Source: Acidimicrobiia bacterium (GTDB lineage Bacteria; Actinomycetota; Acidimicrobiia; Spongiisociales; Spongiisociaceae). Taken from it: 64,000 nt of DNA. Each line of letters opens with the position of its first letter. Position 1 is the stretch's first letter. A program made the translations under genes and the position numbers. The notes under the pieces were generated by a model, which did no database searches, had not been told where the DNA came from, and saw nothing but the letters and a program-made list of their open reading frames with translations. Shown piece after piece: positions 59,200-64,000 of this stretch. The stretch covers positions 32,001 through 96,000 of the forward strand of contig JBFGLM010000007.1 of the NCBI GenBank assembly GCA_041576165.1, written 5' to 3'.

Positions 59200-59928
59200 A
59201 TGACGAGCGAATCGACCAACTGGCCGGCTTCGTATCCGCCCGAGCTGCTCGAGCTGTTCGACGTCCTTGTCAAAGTGATCTTCTGCGTGAAAGACCTCGA
59301 ACATCGTTATAGGGAAGTAAATCTCGCCTTCGTGCGGCGCACCGGGCGCAGATCAAAACGCGACGTCATGGGCCGCACGGCCCACGACTTTTTCCCGACG
59401 GCCCTGGCGGAACGGTACGAGGAGCAAGACAACCAGGTTTTCGCCAGCGGCGAAGCATTGCGCGACGAGCTCGAACTGATCCGCCGCCCCAACGGTGAAC
59501 TGGGCTGGTATTCGACGACCAAGCTCCCGGCGGCAGGTCCCGGCGGCTCACCGCTCGGTCTCGTCAGCGTCAGCCGAGATCTGGAGACCCCGAGTGACGA
59601 GGGGATTGCGGTCGAATCGCTCACCCATGTCGTCGACTACGTCCACCGCCACCTGGATGAACAGATCCGAGTGGCGGCCCTGGCAGAGGCCGCGGGATGT
59701 TCCGAGTCACAGCTCGAGCGTCGCATGCGCAAGATCTTCGGGACCAGCGCCACGCAGTATGTCCTACGGGCTCGAGTCGAAGAGGCGGCTCGCCGTCTTA
59801 CGACCACCGACGAAAGCCTGGCCGACGTCGCTCTCGCCAGCGGCTTCTACGATCAGTCCAGTTTCACCCGCACGTTTGCCCGGCTGACGGGTGAAACACC
59901 TGCCCAGTTCCGCGCCTCCCACTCGTGA
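59200..59928 (+). CDS. PAS-domain AraC family regulator, divergent from putA
   Basis: FCVKD...YEEQD PAS segment; C-terminal GFYDQSSFTRTF. Confidence 0.9.
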   Translation: MTSESTNWPASYPPELLELFDVLVKVIFCVKDLEHRYREVNLAFVRRTGRRSKRDVMGRTAHDFFPTALAERYEEQDNQVFASGEALRDELELIRRPNGELGWYSTTKLPAAGPGGSPLGLVSVSRDLETPSDEGIAVESLTHVVDYVHRHLDEQIRVAALAEAAGCSESQLERRMRKIFGTSATQYVLRARVEEAARRLTTTDESLADVALASGFYDQSSFTRTFARLTGETPAQFRASHS

Positions 59929-59971
59929 TCAGCCGGGCTGCGCGTGCCCCGCGTCTCGGTCGCACCACGCC

Positions 59972-61081
59972 TCACCAGCTGGCGTAGATGTAGCCGTCGC
60001 CCAGCGTTCCTCGTTGGCCGGCTCCCTGCCACTGCACCGTGTCGTCGCCGTCGACGTAGATCAAGAAGCGGCCGGTCGAGTCGTACGTTCCCAGAGTGGA
60101 GCCGGTCTCGACCGGGAATGTCGTCGCCATGGCGCCGTCCGGGCCGAACACCACCCCAACGGTCTGTAGCACCTCGTACCCGCCGTCGACGTCGAGCGTG
60201 GAGAGAAACGCCACCAGGTTGCCGGATTCTTGCGACGCTACCCCGTCGACCGACTGGTCGGGCCGCACCCAGGTCAAGGGGATCGTATCGGCTGCCGGTT
60301 CACCCGCACCGACGTCCACCGAGTGGAGCACGAACCCGTCGTCACCGGCATCGCCGATCCAATAGACCCTATCGCCCGCAGGGCTCCAGGCCGGGCTGCC
60401 CCACGCCCACGTCCCGAGGTTGTCCGCAAGGTCGAACAACTCGAGCGTGTGACTCGTGGGATCGTCGCCGGCCACCACCACGAGGTCGTAACCGAGGACG
60501 GCGAACCGGTCGCCCCCGGGAGCGCGGCCCACGCTCCATCCGAACGAGGTCGGGACGGAAGGCGGATATTCGCCGGTCACAACGTCGCCGGGCCCTAGAT
60601 AGTGGATCAGCCCGGCGGCCGGCTCACAGCACTCCACGGCAACAACGGTCTCCCCGTCTGCCGAACGGACCACGCTGTCGATGGTGTTGAAGGTTGCTGC
60701 GATGTCGTCGTCAGCCGCCTCGATCTCCTCGCTCGACGCGGCTTGGCCCAGCTGCCGGACGACCTCTCCGGTCTTGGTGGAAACCTCCACCGCTGCGAAG
60801 TCAGTGGTGACTGCGACAAACGTATCGGGGATCTGAGCCGCTCCGGCCGTGTCGGTTGTGGACGTCGGCGACTCGACGGTCGTGGTCGTGGTTTCGGTCC
60901 CGGCGGCCAAGGTGGTTGAGGTGACCGCGTCTGCCGTATTGGCGTCCATCGCTTCTTCGGTGGTTACTGTCGCTGCTGCGGTCGTTACGAGCGGAATGGT
61001 CTCCGGTGCACTGTCCGTTGTGGGAGCGTCTCCTCCGCATGCCGCAATGAGCAGAGCGACAAGAGCAATTCGAGCCTGCAT
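59972..61081 (-). CDS. Lipoprotein with Thr-rich linker and probable beta-propeller
   Basis: IAAC lipobox, ECCEPAAG, SPAWSPAGD; GGAGG RBS. Confidence 0.75.
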   Translation of the reverse strand: MQARIALVALLIAACGGDAPTTDSAPETIPLVTTAAATVTTEEAMDANTADAVTSTTLAAGTETTTTTVESPTSTTDTAGAAQIPDTFVAVTTDFAAVEVSTKTGEVVRQLGQAASSEEIEAADDDIAATFNTIDSVVRSADGETVVAVECCEPAAGLIHYLGPGDVVTGEYPPSVPTSFGWSVGRAPGGDRFAVLGYDLVVVAGDDPTSHTLELFDLADNLGTWAWGSPAWSPAGDRVYWIGDAGDDGFVLHSVDVGAGEPAADTIPLTWVRPDQSVDGVASQESGNLVAFLSTLDVDGGYEVLQTVGVVFGPDGAMATTFPVETGSTLGTYDSTGRFLIYVDGDDTVQWQGAGQRGTLGDGYIYASW

Positions 61082-61196
61082 GACCGACCTCCGATCGGGC
61101 GTTCGGGATCGCACGTAGGTCATTCTGACCGACGAGGTCCGATATTGAAGATTCTGACGTCCCTTTGCCGATACGTATGTCAAAGGGGGATGTGAA

Positions 61197-61904
61197 TTGG
61201 TACGCGTCATGACGGCCAATCTGTGCCGTGGTCGCGCTGACGTCGAGTCGCTGCTGGCCATCCTGGACGAGCATCAGCCGGATGTCGTCGCAGTGCAGGA
61301 ACTGGGGCATACTCAGTCGACTGCGCTGGAGCGCAGGTACAGTTTCGGATTGCTCAAGCCGGATGGGCGCGGTGACGGCTCCGGTTTGGCGTCCTCGATC
61401 CCGATGACGGTCGACACGATGGCCCTGCCGGGACGGAGCGGACTGCACGGCGACGCCCGAGCCCCGTGGGGACGGATCAGCATCATGGGCGTCCATCTCT
61501 TGAATCCACTCGATGCCTGGACCTGCCGGGCACCCTTTCGCGGGGCCCAGGTTTCTGCGCTGTGCGATTTGCTCGATGCCGACCCGACACAGCGGATCCT
61601 CCTCGGCGATCTGAACGCCACCGAGGCTTGGCCCGCGTACAAACGGCTGACGCAGCGGCTGGACGACGCAGTCGCAGGGTGGGCCAGCCGTACCGGGACC
61701 ACGCCGCATCGGACATGGGCGCGGCGCTCCGGTCGCGGTCGCCCCTTGCGGAGGGATCATGTGCTCGCTGCTGGACTCGTGGCCGAAGAGGTACGGACCG
61801 TGCCCATCCCGGGTAGCGACCATCAGGGCGTGATCGCAGATCTGGCGCCGGATATCAGTGCGGGGCGGGCTCCCGCAGCGTCGCCCCCACCGCGAGTTCC
61901 ATGA
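61197..61904 (+). CDS. Endonuclease/exonuclease/phosphatase family protein
   Basis: VMTAN, VAVQE, GDLNA, RDH, GSDH. Confidence 0.85.
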   Translation: MVRVMTANLCRGRADVESLLAILDEHQPDVVAVQELGHTQSTALERRYSFGLLKPDGRGDGSGLASSIPMTVDTMALPGRSGLHGDARAPWGRISIMGVHLLNPLDAWTCRAPFRGAQVSALCDLLDADPTQRILLGDLNATEAWPAYKRLTQRLDDAVAGWASRTGTTPHRTWARRSGRGRPLRRDHVLAAGLVAEEVRTVPIPGSDHQGVIADLAPDISAGRAPAASPPPRVP

Positions 61905-62889
61905 TCAGATCGATGGCAAGGGCCATCAAGACGGCAAAGAAGATCGCGCCACTCCATATTTCGATCGCCAATCCCAGACCCTGCTCGGTCTGGCCGATTA
62001 TGGCGAAATAGACGATCCACATGATGCCGGCGGGAACAGCTGCCTGCAGCCGGCGGTGGGCATTGGCTTGGATCAAGATGTCGAAGACGAGGCCACCCGC
62101 AACCACGGCCGGGATCCCGATCAAATCCTCATCGAACCCGATTCCGATGAACAGCGCGATCACGGTCCACGCGATCGTTGCCGTGCCGAACGGCAGTCGC
62201 CAGCGCCGGCTCGCGACCAGCAGCGGAGCGAACATCAGGAACGTAGAGACGATGACACCGATCACGGCGAACGCCGCGATCAACTCGAGGTTGCCATCGT
62301 CCGGTGAGTAGGGGACCCGCATCGGCCACGTGGTCACGGGGGCCCAGAGGTACTCGAAGAAGAACGCAACCAGCGTCACCGAGAAGGTCAACGAGGCCAG
62401 CGTGGGCGCGAAGTCGCGCATGGTGGGAGCCTGCTCGTCATCGGTCCAAGCCGCCCGGAACGGGGCGGATACGATCAGCAGTAGGCCCAGGAACAGCAAG
62501 AGATGGGTAGGACTCAACAGGGCGTCGAGGCTGGTTTCGACCCCGAGCACAGAGTGCCAGATCGCGTCACCGATGCCGCCAAGCCCAAACAACCCAATCC
62601 CGATGATGGCGAGGCGATACCCGATGGGCGCCCAGTCGAGAACGGTGCCGCGGGGTCGGCGCCTCCGGAGCGCCATGAGCATGAGCCAGATGGCCGTGGC
62701 CGTGAACCCGGAATAGAACAGGGCGTGCCATGGTGTCCAGAACGATTCCAGCGACGAGTCGGTCGAATGGAAGTAGGCATCGACCAACAATCCGACCAGC
62801 GTCCACAGCGCGAAACCCATCGTCGCCGAATCTTCCCACCGGGTGGATCGGTCTCGAGTGAGATCAAGGGCCACGAGCTCAACATACAC
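61855..62889 (-). CDS. Multi-TM membrane protein with two DxxxH...PxH motifs
   Basis: DAYFH...ESFWTPWH and DAIWH...LLSPTH; start uncertain (62889 or 62821). Confidence 0.75.
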   Translation of the reverse strand: MYVELVALDLTRDRSTRWEDSATMGFALWTLVGLLVDAYFHSTDSSLESFWTPWHALFYSGFTATAIWLMLMALRRRRPRGTVLDWAPIGYRLAIIGIGLFGLGGIGDAIWHSVLGVETSLDALLSPTHLLLFLGLLLIVSAPFRAAWTDDEQAPTMRDFAPTLASLTFSVTLVAFFFEYLWAPVTTWPMRVPYSPDDGNLELIAAFAVIGVIVSTFLMFAPLLVASRRWRLPFGTATIAWTVIALFIGIGFDEDLIGIPAVVAGGLVFDILIQANAHRRLQAAVPAGIMWIVYFAIIGQTEQGLGLAIEIWSGAIFFAVLMALAIDLIMELAVGATLREPAPH

Positions 62890-62939
62890 GGAACCCCCCG
62901 CCTGCGGTATCAGGGACAACCCCGGGGAACAAACTGCAT

Positions 62940-63140
62940 CCTCCCCCAGCTTCGATTCCTTCCCCAGCGGGGGAGGGTGAGTGAGGCGACAAGGGAGCCG
63001 CAGCCGGAGGGGGAGCGCGGCCCGGCGCTGCGCAGGCAGACTCGCCCCAGGGCGTTCCTCCTCGAGAGAGCGGAGGGCGTTTGACCGTGGCGCCCGGCAA
63101 GACAACGCCCCCCTCTGCTCCTTCGGGGCACCTCCCTTCC
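62940..63140. repeat. Degenerate palindromic (REP/MITE-like) intergenic element
   Basis: CCTTCCCC-agc-GGGGAGGG and GCTCC-ttcg-GGGC hairpins, with GGAGGGGG / CCCCCCTC ends. Confidence 0.35.
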
Positions 63141-63181
63141 GGTTGAGCAAACCGCGAGCCCGGCGTTGCGGACGGCGGCGC

Positions 63182-64000
63182 TCAGCTCAGTGGGTCGCGG
63201 TCGTCCACCTGTTCGAACACCCGCTGCGCTTTGCCGACCTCCTGGCGCGGGAGGCCGCCCGGTTCGGTCAGCTCCAAGGTGGCTCGAATGCGGATCCGTT
63301 CCATCAGGGTCCGGTCCAGCCGGGCGGACACTTCGTCCCGCCGGTGGGCGGCGTGCGGTAGCAACTCGGTTCGGACTCGGAGTTCGGGCATCGACTGGCG
63401 GCGGTCCACGATGATCGCGTACTGGCCGGCCACGTCGGGGTCATCCAGCAACACCGCCTCGATCTCACGCGGGAACACATTGATGCCGCGAATGATCAGC
63501 ATGTCGTCGGCCCGGCCCGTCAGCCGGGCGATGCGAGTGAAGGTGCGCCCGTCCGATCCCGGTTCGGGGATGATGCGGGTGATGTCTTTGGTCCGGTAAC
63601 GGATCACCGGCTGAGCCTCTTTGGTGAGCGTGGTGATCACCAGCTCACCGAACTCCCCCTCCGGCACCGCTTCGCCGGTATCGGGGTCGACGATCTCGGG
63701 ATAGAAGTGGTCGTCGTAGATATAGAGCGCTCCCAGCGCCCCGGGTGATTCCTGCGCCACGCCGGGTCCAATCACCTCCGATAGGCCGTAGATGTCAACT
63801 GCGTGGAATCCTTCGCCCCACACCGCTTCGATCTTCTGCCGCATACCTTCCGACCACGGCTCGGCACCCAGAATGCCGATGCGCACGGACAGCCGGTCAT
63901 GCATGTCCCGCTCGGTCGCCCGCTCCCCAAGCAACATCGCAAATGAAGGGGTGGCACACAGGGCACCGGCCCCCAAATCCTCCAGCAGCTGCAGCTGAAA
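63182..64000 (-). CDS. paaK: Phenylacetate-CoA ligase (3' part; 5' end outside window)
   Basis: GAEPWSE, DIYGLSEVIGPGVA, PVIRYRTKD, GRADDMLIIRGINVFP. Confidence 0.9.
   Translation of the reverse strand, partial: FQLQLLEDLGAGALCATPSFAMLLGERATERDMHDRLSVRIGILGAEPWSEGMRQKIEAVWGEGFHAVDIYGLSEVIGPGVAQESPGALGALYIYDDHFYPEIVDPDTGEAVPEGEFGELVITTLTKEAQPVIRYRTKDITRIIPEPGSDGRTFTRIARLTGRADDMLIIRGINVFPREIEAVLLDDPDVAGQYAIIVDRRQSMPELRVRTELLPHAAHRRDEVSARLDRTLMERIRIRATLELTEPGGLPRQEVGKAQRVFEQVDDRDPLS

Noticed and set aside
61122-61158. Two ATTCTGAC copies between divergent genes
   Set aside because: Could be an operator, but only 8 bp and no adjacent regulator; insufficient support.

Overview
High-GC, gene-dense chromosomal window. 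Gene content and the many apparently leaderless starts suggest an actinobacterium, possibly Acidimicrobiia (inference). In order it holds: a TetR-linked guanidine/polyamine-type catabolic cluster (1-10 kb); a hidden PrdB/GrdB-like selenoprotein divergent from an ECF41 (SigJ) oxidoreductase operon; a benzoate-CoA ligase; argCJBD and argRGH, each with ARG boxes, lacking argF and separated by an insert (rod-shaped 6S-like RNA candidate, ECF sigma-Ogt pair); a xanthine-dehydrogenase-family three-gene operon; a secreted dirigent/AOC-like gene bracketed by 52-bp inverted repeats; a decaying region of pseudogenes (39-42 kb); then a haloalkane dehalogenase, pepP, an FeS-type photolyase, an amidase, a cis-prenyltransferase, pyrE, nfo, a ferredoxin, putA with an AraC regulator, and a partial phenylacetate-CoA ligase. 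Main highlights, none resolved by the ORF track: (1) a 390-aa UGA-readthrough selenoprotein with a UxxC motif and an E. coli-like SECIS 11 nt downstream, (2) a possible second small Cys/His-rich selenoprotein, (3) a ~165-nt 6S-like hairpin RNA, (4) the inverted-repeat-flanked single-gene cassette. I saw no rRNA, tRNA, CRISPR array or transposase. All family assignments come from motif recognition, not database searches.
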